A stretch of DNA of 64,000 nucleotides, taken from IMG/VR virus record IMGVR_UViG_3300042879_003054; one strand, given 5' to 3'. A model generated the notes under the pieces. It did no database searches and was not told the DNA's origin. It worked only from the letters and a program-made list of their open reading frames with translations. The DNA comes from a virus. Below, one piece after another: positions 19,020-29,069 of the stretch (its first letter is position 1; the number at the start of each line of letters is the position of its first letter). Both the position numbers and the translations under genes were made by a program.

Positions 19020-19655
19020 TTATATTTTAAAAGCAGTCCAACCTTTCTCTTGTTTCCTTTTACCAGAAACCACATCATAAAGATGTTTTAAATTATTTTG
19101 TCTTTGGAATTCTTTTAAATTATTGGTATTATATTTAACCCCATCTGGTGATATTATGACATAAGTATTTTTACAGACAGATTGAGTTCTTTTATCTACC
19201 AACTCTTTTGATAATTTTCTTCCTTTTAGAGTATTACTTATTTTTCTTTTTGTTTCCTCACTTTTTGGGGAATATATCCTACTCAAAGAACTTTGTCTTA
19301 TTTTTTCTATTGCTTCTGGTGTGTGTTTCCACCCACTACATTTCTCTTTAAGAATTACTCTGGTGGAATCTTTGACTACTCTACCAGAAGCACCTTCACC
19401 ACCAAAAGTTTTATTCAAAAGAATTCCACCATCAATCTTTCTGCCGAACACACTTATCATATAAGTTTCGTGTTTAAATGCTTCCTCTTCTATAAGATTT
19501 TGTTTGAGAAAGATTATTCTATTTTTATCTTTTGGAACAGGACAAGGTTTTCCACTACCTTCAAATAATCTATATCTTACTCCCTTACCTATGTAATAAG
19601 GAGTTCTATCCTCACGTAAATAGGCATAGGTATAAAACCTGTTAGGATTTACCAT
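19020..19655 (-). mobile_element. GIY-YIG-like/NUMOD3 homing endonuclease, paralog of 251..802
   Basis: YTYAYLREDRTPYYIGKG; HTPEAIEKIR, SEETKRKIS; start probably MVNP at 19655. Confidence 0.82.
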
Positions 19656-19666
19656 TTCTACTCTTA

Positions 19667-19743
19667 AATTGGTTCGCAATAGTATTTATACAAGAAAAGG
19701 AGCATTTCTGCTCCCCCCTCTACCTTAAAGATGCGAACCAATT
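19667..19743 (-). promoter_or_regulatory. inverted repeat enclosing a terminator and a late promoter of the endonuclease
   Basis: AATTGGTTCGCA / TGCGAACCAATT arms; GGAGCA-GAAA-TGCTCC-TTTT; TATAAATA at 19683-19690. Confidence 0.75.
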
Positions 19744-19759
19744 AAGGCATTATTATTTA

Positions 19760-20431
19760 TCAATCAAAGATACGACCCCATCCGTCCCCTCCGGTAGGTG
19801 CCCAACGGTGCTTAAGAACTGCTTTGGTATAAATGGTCTTCTTACCATTTGTAACTGGACCAGTATAGTTATCGTTTAGAGAACCATAAGGATCATTTAC
19901 ATAGTATCCTTTACCATCAGGTGTCTTACCGATGACTACGCACATGTGTCCACCAGTAGGGGAAGTTAGAGAACCACGATGAAGAATTCCAATGACAACT
20001 GGTTTTCCCCTATCAAGGCTCTTATCAATGTCAGCAAAAGAAAGATTATAACTAAAGTGAGACTTAATACCATAACCTGCGAGAACCTTTGTCTGAACCG
20101 CATGGTCTGTCGTGTCACCAATCGCAAATACTTTCTTAACATATTCATCATCACCTTTAATGCTTCCTGGTTTGAGGAAAGCAAGACACATAGCACATGA
20201 TGAACTGTTACAAGTTCTATGTGCATCTCTATAATTATCTACTTGATTAAAATATGGAACATCAAGAACTGCTGGTGTAGGTGGTTTAGTTCTAAAGATT
20301 CCAATCCATTCTGTTTCTGAGTCATCCATGAATTCAGCAGGAAGGTTATCCTCTAACCATTGCACTGCTGCCACATGATTCGAATTTCCATCATCATAAT
20401 ACTTAAAAAAGTTATGAAGATCTAATGTCAT
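19760..20431 (-). CDS. peptidase C39-like protein (putative cell-wall hydrolase)
   Basis: LDVPYFNQ..N, C....AM, GH..V..G, VNDP. Confidence 0.85.
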   Translation of the reverse strand: MTLDLHNFFKYYDDGNSNHVAAVQWLEDNLPAEFMDDSETEWIGIFRTKPPTPAVLDVPYFNQVDNYRDAHRTCNSSSCAMCLAFLKPGSIKGDDEYVKKVFAIGDTTDHAVQTKVLAGYGIKSHFSYNLSFADIDKSLDRGKPVVIGILHRGSLTSPTGGHMCVVIGKTPDGKGYYVNDPYGSLNDNYTGPVTNGKKTIYTKAVLKHRWAPTGGDGWGRIFD

Positions 20432-20691
20432 TTTTTTATATTTACAGACACTGAAGGTATTTATTTATTTTAATACCTATACTCTTCTATTTTATCAAGA
20501 ACTTTATTTAGGTATTGATGTGCTAACCATTTTGGGTCATATCCAGATTTATCCATCCACTCTTTATCCAGGTTTGATTTTATTTTAAGAACTTCACACT
20601 TGATAATATCTTTAGTCAGTTGTCCTCGTGGCATAATACAAAAAAACTCTGCTGCTTATTTAGCAACAGAGTAAAAAAATATTAAGTATTA

Positions 20692-20811
20692 TCAAAAAAT
20701 TCCAGGAATAATTTGTCCGGTAGTGAGATAAGTGCCTACAGCAACAACAAATCCTAGCATTGCCAATCTTCCATTTAGCAATTCTGCTTGTTCAGTCCAT
20801 CCGAATTTCAT
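20692..20811 (-). CDS. hli: high-light-inducible protein (39 aa, not in ORF track)
   Basis: MKFGWTEQAELLNGRLAMLGF...TGQIIPGIF. Confidence 0.92.
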   Translation of the reverse strand: MKFGWTEQAELLNGRLAMLGFVVAVGTYLTTGQIIPGIF

Positions 20812-20972
20812 TTTGTTTCTCCTCTTTTAGTAGTGTTTTGAATTACAATAAATTTGTCTTTTGGTAGAGTACCTGCGATACAGACTTTAAGTTTGTCATT
20901 ATTATTCCAGGCACCAGATTCAACCAGTTCTTGAAGAGCAACAGAAAGTTGCCCAAGCATATTAGCACTCAT
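20808..20972 (-). CDS. hypothetical protein
   Basis: part of ORF 20808..21008; probable start MSANML. Confidence 0.6.
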   Translation of the reverse strand: MSANMLGQLSVALQELVESGAWNNNDKLKVCIAGTLPKDKFIVIQNTTKRGETK

Positions 20973-21057
20973 TAATAAGTTTCCACAACTTTCTCTATAG
21001 AATAACACAGAAGCACAAGAAAGGCAACTGAGGTAATGGTGAAAATTAATTCAGTCA

Positions 21058-21267
21058 TCAGAAGATACCGAAGAAGAGTTTACCAGTGCCAACATAAGAA
21101 ATGATAGCAGCAATAAAACCGACCATTGCCCAGCGTCCATTTATTTTCTCCGCCTTTTCGGCATAAGGTTCAATACCATAACGCTCAAGATCTTCCTTAG
21201 TCATATACATAGAAGGTTCTTTTGCCCACATATTCATTTGCCCAAATTCATTTTTGGTTACAGTCAT
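21058..21267 (-). CDS. hli: high-light-inducible protein
   Basis: AEKINGRWAMVGF; start MTVTKNEFG at 21267. Confidence 0.92.
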   Translation of the reverse strand: MTVTKNEFGQMNMWAKEPSMYMTKEDLERYGIEPYAEKAEKINGRWAMVGFIAAIISYVGTGKLFFGIF

Positions 21268-21294
21268 ATAAGTTTTGTTAAGAAACATTACAGA

Positions 21295-21330
21295 ATTATA
21301 TAGCAAAAATAAAGAGGGGTCAAGCCCCTC
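21295..21330 (-). promoter_or_regulatory. hli promoter with -35 inside a terminator hairpin
   Basis: TTGACC-17-TATAAT; GAGGGG-CTTGA-CCCCTC-TTT. Confidence 0.75.
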
Positions 21331-21376
21331 TAGTAGTAATTTATACCTAATTGTGTTAGGATTTGCTAAATTATAT

Positions 21377-22177
21377 TCACCAATCAATATTTTTTCTAAT
21401 CTTAATGTTATAATTCCAAATCTCAGAAAATATAGAACTATTCAAATCGTTATCATTAAAAGTTTCATTAAGAGCATTTAAATCTTTCGGAAAACAAGTT
21501 CCACCAAATCCCCTGTCTCCATCAATGCCTGGAACCAAACTATGAGATTCACCAATCCTTTTATCCAAACAAACACCACTTCTAACTTTCTCAAAATCAA
21601 TTCCAAGTTTGTCACATAAATCAAACATTAAATTAAAATAAGTGACTTTCATTGAAAGATATGTGTTAGAAAAGTATTTTATTGATTCAGATTCTTCAAA
21701 AGAAACTAAAATATTTTTGATATGAGGAAAATAGTTTAAATAAAAATTTTCTAATTTTTGAGATGATTCTTTTTCTCCACCAATAATATTTCTATCAGCA
21801 TTATTAAAATCTTCTACAGAATTTCTGGCAGTTAAGAATTCTGGATTATGAATTATTTTTAAATCTAATCTTTTTTCACTTAATGCTTTGGTAGTTCCAA
21901 TAGGAACAGTAGATTTTATAACAAAAATCCCAGATAGATTTTTAGGAAGATCTTCAAAAAATGATTCAATATAAGATAAATTGCATCCTCCACCCATTTT
22001 ATTTTTCATTGGTGTTGGAAGACAAACAAAAACAATATCTGAATTTATAGTTTCATCATAAGAATTTAAAGATCTTTTTTCATCAACATCAAAAACAAAT
22101 AAATTTTGAATCTTATTTTTTAGATTTTGGTATATAGCATTACCAACAAATCCATTTCCAATTATTCCAATTTTCAT
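21377..22177 (-). CDS. UDP-glucose/GDP-mannose dehydrogenase family (short form)
   Basis: GNGFVG, VCLPTP, IKSTVP, NPEFL, GFGGTCFPKD. Confidence 0.9.
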   Translation of the reverse strand: MKIGIIGNGFVGNAIYQNLKNKIQNLFVFDVDEKRSLNSYDETINSDIVFVCLPTPMKNKMGGGCNLSYIESFFEDLPKNLSGIFVIKSTVPIGTTKALSEKRLDLKIIHNPEFLTARNSVEDFNNADRNIIGGEKESSQKLENFYLNYFPHIKNILVSFEESESIKYFSNTYLSMKVTYFNLMFDLCDKLGIDFEKVRSGVCLDKRIGESHSLVPGIDGDRGFGGTCFPKDLNALNETFNDNDLNSSIFSEIWNYNIKIRKNIDW

Positions 22178-22881
22178 TATAAATTTTCCTTCTGTATAAT
22201 ATATGCTCTTCCTTGTTCATCAAAACCATCAATTTCAATAAGTTGTGTCTCTGTATTAATATCATTATTTGGCACTAAGCAAGTATATGGACCAGGAATT
22301 CTATCATCATTATTATAATTTCTATGTCCAGAAATATGATAGTGAGCACATACTATTTGTTTTCCTGGATTTTTTAATGTATATCCTTGTTCTGCCATCA
22401 ATTTAGCAATTTTATTATCACATCCAGGTTTTCCTAATGTAAAATTCATTTCTTCAGTTGTTTTAATTGGTGTAGTAAACACCCAAACATCTTGGGAAGA
22501 AGAATTATCAAATGGAGCAATACACCACTCACCATTTTGGCAAAATACTTCCCATCGTGTTAAAGCAACAAAAATATTATCTAAATTAGTTTCTTTAACT
22601 GCAGATAAAGTTTCATCAAGAATAATATCAGCATTTGCAATAATACAAATTTGATCTTTTAGATTTTCATTACAAAATTCAAAAAGGTCCTTATATGTTG
22701 GCCTTTCTTCTCTTTGAACAATTTCTATTTTATCAGATTGAAAATTTAACTTTGCATCATCTGATATAAAAATATAAACTTTATCAATGTACTCATTTTC
22801 CAAATTCTCGTGAATACAAGTAAGATATTCACTATGCCTCTGATAATCAGGGGATCTAAAATATTCTATTAATAAATTCAT
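22177..22881 (-). CDS. hypothetical protein, GT-A-like
   Basis: ANADI motif, SQDVW, G..GCDN; inside glycan island. Confidence 0.55.
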   Translation of the reverse strand: MNLLIEYFRSPDYQRHSEYLTCIHENLENEYIDKVYIFISDDAKLNFQSDKIEIVQREERPTYKDLFEFCNENLKDQICIIANADIILDETLSAVKETNLDNIFVALTRWEVFCQNGEWCIAPFDNSSSQDVWVFTTPIKTTEEMNFTLGKPGCDNKIAKLMAEQGYTLKNPGKQIVCAHYHISGHRNYNNDDRIPGPYTCLVPNNDINTETQLIEIDGFDEQGRAYIIQKENL

Positions 22882-23771
22882 TGAGTTTTAATCCAATCCA
22901 TTAAATTTACTTGAGGTCTCCATCCAAAAATGGTTCTCAATTTTCCATTATTTGCAAGAGTAATTCGTGATTCTCCAATTCTTGCTGGAATATTTATTTG
23001 ATTATCAGATATAACATTTGCAATTTCATTAATTGAGTAATTCACACCATTACCTACATTATAAAGTTCACCATAATATTCATCATCAATATCTTTTGTT
23101 GCTGCAAGAATATTTGCTTGAACTACATCAGATACGTGTGTAAAGTCTCTACGTTGTTCCCCATCCCCAACAATAGTAAGAGGTTCACCATCCTTTCGTT
23201 GACGTAAGAAAATACCAATAACTGGAGCATATTGTCCTTTTAAAGGTTGCCTTTCACCATAAACATTAAAATACCTAAAGGAAATTGTTTTAAGACCAAA
23301 TAAGTCATTATACATTTTGCAGAGTTTTTCTCCAGCAACTTTAGATACCGAATATGGATTTAAACAATCATCTCGTTGATTTTCGTGATTTGGTTTTTCA
23401 TTAAATCCATAACCAGAAGATGTAGAAGAATAAATCACTTTCTTTACTCCTGCTTCTCTAGCACACTGAAGGACTGTAACAGTACCTACACAATTAATAC
23501 TAACTGCTTCAATAGGACTTAAAATTGCTGGTTGAATCCTTGCCTCAGCAGCAAGATGAAATACACAATCTACACCTTCATACAAAGGTCGCGTATTTTC
23601 ATAATCCCGAATATCATACTTATAATTTTTTGCTTTTGTATTCCAATAAAATTGATCATGAACATCGGAAAATTCATTATCAATTACGATAACTTCATGA
23701 CCAAGTTCAATCAATTCATCAACAAGATTTGATCCAATAAATCCTGCTCCACCTGTTACTAAACTTTTCAT
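22878..23771 (-). CDS. NAD-dependent nucleotide-sugar epimerase/dehydratase
   Basis: TGGAGFIG, YSVSK, RYFNVYG, RDFTHV. Confidence 0.93.
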   Translation of the reverse strand: MKSLVTGGAGFIGSNLVDELIELGHEVIVIDNEFSDVHDQFYWNTKAKNYKYDIRDYENTRPLYEGVDCVFHLAAEARIQPAILSPIEAVSINCVGTVTVLQCAREAGVKKVIYSSTSSGYGFNEKPNHENQRDDCLNPYSVSKVAGEKLCKMYNDLFGLKTISFRYFNVYGERQPLKGQYAPVIGIFLRQRKDGEPLTIVGDGEQRRDFTHVSDVVQANILAATKDIDDEYYGELYNVGNGVNYSINEIANVISDNQINIPARIGESRITLANNGKLRTIFGWRPQVNLMDWIKTQ

Positions 23772-24871
23772 AATACACTCCTATAAAGATCAATTATTTG
23801 TGTTTTTACTTTTTTATATTCATATTTTTCCATATATTTATTTTTTGTCTTTTCTGACATTTCTTGATAATATTCAATATTTTTTTCCATTTTATTCAAT
23901 TGATTTGCATAATCTTCTACAGTGTAAGCCATATAACCACATCCTTCAATCTGTTCACTATGTCCCATAGAAACTGTTCCAGGATGTGTAACTATTGGTT
24001 TTCCATGATACATTGCTTCAATCATTGCAACAGAACAAACTTCACCATCAATTCTTGAATGTGCAAAAACATCAATAGAAGATAAAAATCCATGAATGTC
24101 CTCTTGTTTGGAGGAAAAATCTAAAAAGTGAATATTTGTCAATTTTAACTCTTTTGCTGCCAATCTGTGATAATCACTACCTCCAAGAATTATAAAATGA
24201 TTATTTTTATTTGATATCAAACTATAAGCCTGCAAAGAATATGGTGCAAATAGTGCTGGATCATTTCTTTGATGAAATCCATAAACAAATGCATCTTCTG
24301 GTATTCCAAGATTTTTTCTAAGATTTGATTTTTTCTTTTTTGGTACAGAAACCAGATTTGGAATTATTTCTGCTTTTTTAATGTTGCCCCCATTTGCTGC
24401 CCATTTTTCTGCTTGCCATTTTGAGATCAAAATTGCTTTAACAATATTTTCTTTATCCTCACCTTTATCACTATGTATTCCATCAATAATTTTTGTTTTA
24501 TTAATTAAATTAAATGGATATTCCGGATAACCACCTCTAGCAGTCTGAATAATATCATATTCATTCTCATTAAAAAGTTCCCAAAAATTAGTATTGTTCC
24601 AAATAAAAGGTTCTGCATTACCAATTTTTGATTCCACATAAACAGGAATTGTACTAACACCAAAAGACTCAATCCATTTTTTTCTATTTTCATCATTATC
24701 TGGATGAATAAAATTAGATCCTATAAATGGAGCAGCATTAGTATAAAAATAATCTACTTTAAAATCATTTTCAGCAAGAACCATTGCAATATTTTGCAGT
24801 GCCTTTTCTGTTCCACCAGAGGCAAGACCAGCAAATTTAATACAAGCTACTTTAGTCATAATCAATACCAA
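23768..24871 (-). CDS. glycosyltransferase, GT4-like
   Basis: GGTEK near N-term; E......IEAM..GKPIV. Confidence 0.85.
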   Translation of the reverse strand: MVLIMTKVACIKFAGLASGGTEKALQNIAMVLAENDFKVDYFYTNAAPFIGSNFIHPDNDENRKKWIESFGVSTIPVYVESKIGNAEPFIWNNTNFWELFNENEYDIIQTARGGYPEYPFNLINKTKIIDGIHSDKGEDKENIVKAILISKWQAEKWAANGGNIKKAEIIPNLVSVPKKKKSNLRKNLGIPEDAFVYGFHQRNDPALFAPYSLQAYSLISNKNNHFIILGGSDYHRLAAKELKLTNIHFLDFSSKQEDIHGFLSSIDVFAHSRIDGEVCSVAMIEAMYHGKPIVTHPGTVSMGHSEQIEGCGYMAYTVEDYANQLNKMEKNIEYYQEMSEKTKNKYMEKYEYKKVKTQIIDLYRSVL

Positions 24872-25437
24872 TTATGCAATTTTACTCCTAATTCACCTAT
24901 AATTTTTTTTAAATCCACTTCACTCTGAGGAGTTTCAGTTGATAATAGTGGTGTATGCCATTCAACATACAATTCATTAATTTTATTAATTACATTATCT
25001 TTTATCATTTTCCTAAGAATAGTAAATTCAGATCCCTCAACATCCAGTTTAACGACTATAAAATCATCATCATTATATTGATTAAGTATATCGGTCACAT
25101 CTACGCAATCAACTTCAATAAATTTACCAACTTTATTATTTTTTAAATAAAAATCGTGATTTGGATCAGTGAAATATCCAGAATCTAAAAGACAGTTTAC
25201 TGAAGATGCTTGACTATCCAATAAAAATTGATGAAATTTAATTTTTCCATTTTTATCAAAGACAGCTTTTTTATGAATTTTAACAAATGGAATATCAGAA
25301 ATATGTTTTTCCAATTCACAAGAAGGATCTGGCTCAAAAGATTCAACTATCCAATCTGAGTCAATACTATACATTTGTATAAATTGCCTCAATCCTTGTC
25401 CTTTATTTGCCCCAAAATCAAGAAAGACTTTTTTCAT
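24862..25437 (-). CDS. FkbM-family methyltransferase
   Basis: DFGANKG, FEP, KLDVEGSE, VEWH. Confidence 0.88.
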   Translation of the reverse strand: MKKVFLDFGANKGQGLRQFIQMYSIDSDWIVESFEPDPSCELEKHISDIPFVKIHKKAVFDKNGKIKFHQFLLDSQASSVNCLLDSGYFTDPNHDFYLKNNKVGKFIEVDCVDVTDILNQYNDDDFIVVKLDVEGSEFTILRKMIKDNVINKINELYVEWHTPLLSTETPQSEVDLKKIIGELGVKLHNWY

Positions 25438-25441
25438 TTAT

Positions 25442-26155
25442 TTACCTCAAAGTAGAACTATATTGACCATTTTTTGAACCTTGGCAAAATATAGAAGGAA
25501 TTGACCAATATACATTCATATTTAACTTACAAAATTGATATGCCAATTCCCAATCACTAACAAGTTGAAATGGAATAATTGAATCATAAATTTTTTTAGC
25601 GGAGTCTTTTTTAATTAAATATGCTTCTGCACAATTTGTAGATGGTGGTGGAACTTTAAATAAATTTTCACTTATTCTTTCTGTTTTATTCAATTTAGAA
25701 CGAATAAAATCATTTCCACATCCTTCACCCAGAAATATACTATCCCAGTTTTTTGGTGATTGTTGGATTATTAATTCAATTTTATCAAAAGTATCTTCAA
25801 AAATTGGTATTATATCATCCTCAACAATTAAACAAAAATCATCTTCTTGTTCTGAAACTTTTTTCAAAGCAATAATATGTTTAATTGTACAAGAAATTTC
25901 AGCAGTATTCAAAACCCTAAACCAATTTTCCTTTAAATCCCAAGCAGGAGGGTTAAACGCAGTTTCAATTTTATGTTCAAATAATTCTCTATCTGCTTTA
26001 TAGAATTTAGAAACAATATCATCAGTAAAATCATCTTTATCGTAATCTTCAATAAATTCATATTGAAGATTACTATTTTTAAAAATTTCTAATACTTTAC
26101 TTTTTCTTTCTATTAGTTTTGTATAATGAATTATAAAAGATTTTTTTAATTTCAT
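25442..26155 (-). CDS. glycosyltransferase, GT25-like
   Basis: EISC..KH, LIVEDD, AYLI. Confidence 0.8.
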   Translation of the reverse strand: MKLKKSFIIHYTKLIERKSKVLEIFKNSNLQYEFIEDYDKDDFTDDIVSKFYKADRELFEHKIETAFNPPAWDLKENWFRVLNTAEISCTIKHIIALKKVSEQEDDFCLIVEDDIIPIFEDTFDKIELIIQQSPKNWDSIFLGEGCGNDFIRSKLNKTERISENLFKVPPPSTNCAEAYLIKKDSAKKIYDSIIPFQLVSDWELAYQFCKLNMNVYWSIPSIFCQGSKNGQYSSTLR

Positions 26156-26156
26156 T

Positions 26157-26798
26157 TTATTTTATTTTAAATAGGTAATCATTTCCAGATAATTGCTCAA
26201 TAACTTCATAATTTTTATTATCCATGTATTCAAAAATAAATTTCTTTCTATCTTCAAAAGTTGTTGTTTCAATTAACATATAAGTTGGTAAGTATTTTTC
26301 AATGTCAAAACCATTAAGAACAGATATCTCATAACCTTCAACATCTAAAGAAAAGAAATCAATTTTTTTAATATTATGTTTTTCTATTAATTTATTAATA
26401 GAAATTGCAGGAACTTTAATTATATTAAAATTTTCCTTTTTTGTTTTTTTACAATCTCTTAAGATATCATCACACCAATCCCCTTCATCCAAAACCATTG
26501 ACATTAGACTATCGGCATATCCTTCATGAGAAAAATCTCCATCAATATAATCACTTTGATAATTATTACTTACTAACGCATAATTTTCAACAATAGAATT
26601 TGGTCTATTATTTTTACATTGAAAACATTTTGATGGATTTGGTTCAATTAACAATCCACTCCAACCAAATTCTTTTTCATACAAAAACGTATTTGATTGA
26701 CTAATCCCATCATTTGCTCCTGCTTCTATAAAAAAACCATTGTTAAAATTCAAATATTTTAACATTTTTTCATCCAATTCATGCAAGGCATATACCAT
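26157..26798 (-). CDS. FkbM-family methyltransferase
   Basis: FIEAGANDG..SN, LIEP, SLDVEGYE. Confidence 0.9.
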   Translation of the reverse strand: MVYALHELDEKMLKYLNFNNGFFIEAGANDGISQSNTFLYEKEFGWSGLLIEPNPSKCFQCKNNRPNSIVENYALVSNNYQSDYIDGDFSHEGYADSLMSMVLDEGDWCDDILRDCKKTKKENFNIIKVPAISINKLIEKHNIKKIDFFSLDVEGYEISVLNGFDIEKYLPTYMLIETTTFEDRKKFIFEYMDNKNYEVIEQLSGNDYLFKIK

Positions 26799-26799
26799 T

Positions 26800-27888
26800 T
26801 TATTTCTCCAAAGTTTTAAATTTATTGACTGCTGATTCGATAACTACATGCATATCCATATACTTGTACTCAGACAATCTACCACCAAATATAAAATTAG
26901 TCATTTGTTTAGTTTTTTCTTGATATTTTTTATAAGTGTTTTGATTTTTATCATTATTAATTGGATAATAAGGAACTAATCCTTTTTTATATTCTTGAGA
27001 ATATTCTTTTGTAATTACAGTTTTTTCTGTTGATATAGTTTCAAAATGTTTATGTTCAATAATTCTAGTATAAGGATGATCCATATCAGTATAATTAATC
27101 TGAGCACATCCTTGATAATTTTCAATATCTAAAATTTCTTGTTTGAATTCTAAAGATCTATATTCAAGTTCCCCAAATTCATAATCAAAAAATTCATCAA
27201 TACATCCAGTATATACAACTTTTTTTGCAAGTGAATTGAAATATTCTTTATTGGAAAAATAATCAATATTTAATTTAACTTCAATGCCATCAAGAATTTT
27301 TTCAAACATTTTAGTATATCCACCAATTGGAATTCCTTGATACTTGTCATTAAAATAATTATTATCAAAAGTGTATCTCAAAGGAAGTCTTTTAATAATA
27401 AATGATGGAAGTTCTTTCGGATTTCTTCCCCATTGTTTCGTCGTATAACCTTCAATCAGAGTTTGGTAAATATCTTTACCAACTAATGATAATGCTTGTT
27501 CCTCCAGATTACTTGGTGTTCCTTGAAATTTTTGTCTTTCTATAATAATTTTTGCATGTTTTGGAACACAAGTCCCCCACATTTCATAAAATGTATTCAT
27601 ATTGAATGGCAATGAATACATTTTACCACCAAACATTGCTTTAGGTGATAATATAAAATTATTAAATTTTGCAAACTTATTTACAAAATCCCAAACAAAT
27701 TGATTACTAGTATGAAATATATGAGGTCCATACTTGTGGATATTAATACCTTCAATATTTTCAGTAAAACAATTACCAGCTATATGTGATCTTTTATCAA
27801 TAATAAGACAAGACTTGCCATAATCAGTGGCAAGTCTTGCAAAAGTAGATCCAAATAGTCCAGCACCAACAATTAGATAATCATACAT
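26800..27888 (-). CDS. glf: UDP-galactopyranose mutase
   Basis: GAGLFG, HKYGPHIFHT, RIIEHKHF, PYYP, GRL.EYKY.DM. Confidence 0.95.
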   Translation of the reverse strand: MYDYLIVGAGLFGSTFARLATDYGKSCLIIDKRSHIAGNCFTENIEGINIHKYGPHIFHTSNQFVWDFVNKFAKFNNFILSPKAMFGGKMYSLPFNMNTFYEMWGTCVPKHAKIIIERQKFQGTPSNLEEQALSLVGKDIYQTLIEGYTTKQWGRNPKELPSFIIKRLPLRYTFDNNYFNDKYQGIPIGGYTKMFEKILDGIEVKLNIDYFSNKEYFNSLAKKVVYTGCIDEFFDYEFGELEYRSLEFKQEILDIENYQGCAQINYTDMDHPYTRIIEHKHFETISTEKTVITKEYSQEYKKGLVPYYPINNDKNQNTYKKYQEKTKQMTNFIFGGRLSEYKYMDMHVVIESAVNKFKTLEK

Positions 27889-27894
27889 AATTAA

Positions 27895-28536
27895 TTAATA
27901 ATTCCAATTATTTTCAGTAAAAATATAAGCCCACATTCTTTCTAAGAAATGTGCCTCTTCTGGATTATGATGATTAGGAAAAGACTCCAAAAGTCTTTGA
28001 TAAAAATCTTTTGTTCTAGATAAAATAAAATCCTTTCTAACCCCAAAGCATCCACACCAACAAACAGGAGTTATTTGTGGTATTTTATTAAAATGATTTT
28101 GCACATAATCTTTAAATTTGATTTCACTTAATTTCAAAAATCCACTTTCAACCTGAGATTTATATCTTGGATCGGAAAGAAAGTCAATATCATTCCATAA
28201 AGTTTCATTAAAAAATCCAATATTACTAGCAGAAAATCCATTATTTTCAATTTCAACAACATATTGCATTAAGTTTTTAAAAACATTAATACCAATATCT
28301 TTTATATCACCTTGAAGAAATATTGTTCCATCATATAAAGAATCATAATTTTCTACAATATGATGAAGATATGTTTGAGATTCTCTCCCATAATTTGGCA
28401 ATTCAACTACTGTATAGTTATTATTATCTATTTTTTCTCCTTTATTATAGACAATAATGTCAAACTCATCTTTCCATTTCATTAACCAATCTAAATTTTC
28501 ACCATATCTTGATATGACTAATTGATTTTTATTCAT
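27895..28536 (-). CDS. DUF3431-like protein
   Basis: VISRY.E..W, N.GRE..TYL.HI..NYD, FLQG, LER.W. Confidence 0.8.
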   Translation of the reverse strand: MNKNQLVISRYGENLDWLMKWKDEFDIIVYNKGEKIDNNNYTVVELPNYGRESQTYLHHIVENYDSLYDGTIFLQGDIKDIGINVFKNLMQYVVEIENNGFSASNIGFFNETLWNDIDFLSDPRYKSQVESGFLKLSEIKFKDYVQNHFNKIPQITPVCWCGCFGVRKDFILSRTKDFYQRLLESFPNHHNPEEAHFLERMWAYIFTENNWNY

Positions 28537-28540
28537 TTAA

Positions 28541-29062
28541 TTATAATTTAACCAAATGAGTAGAACAATAAGATTCAATATATTCAATTGATCCTGTTTT
28601 TTTAGTATCATTAATTAGTTTTTCAATTTCTGCACAAAAACTCTTATCCCCCATATAATGATTCATATCATCTATCATAATTACACTGTCATTAAATTTT
28701 TCCGAATATTTTTTTATAGCAGTAATTTCTTTAGGCAGATAAACATTCATCAATTCACCAATATAATCTCCCCCAGACCAATGAGCATCTAACCACAAAA
28801 CAAATGGATCATTAATATTTTCTAATACTTTTGGCAGTTCTTCTTCTGAACTGCCGCAAATTAAATGCACATTTTTTTTGTCTTTAAATCTTTCTTTACA
28901 TTTTTCAAAAAGATTAGGGTTCAATTCAATGCTATAAATTTCTTCAAACCCAGCATTTACAGCACATTCAACCCCATCCCCATCTGCTGTTCCCGTTTCA
29001 ATAAAAATTTTTCTATCTCCTCTACGTGCAATAAGTTCAGAGGCATTTGGATTTAATGGCAT
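28541..29062 (-). CDS. SAM-dependent methyltransferase-like protein
   Basis: FIETGT..G, SIE, WLDAH, IDD. Confidence 0.7.
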   Translation of the reverse strand: MPLNPNASELIARRGDRKIFIETGTADGDGVECAVNAGFEEIYSIELNPNLFEKCKERFKDKKNVHLICGSSEEELPKVLENINDPFVLWLDAHWSGGDYIGELMNVYLPKEITAIKKYSEKFNDSVIMIDDMNHYMGDKSFCAEIEKLINDTKKTGSIEYIESYCSTHLVKL

Positions 29063-29069
29063 TTTTCTC

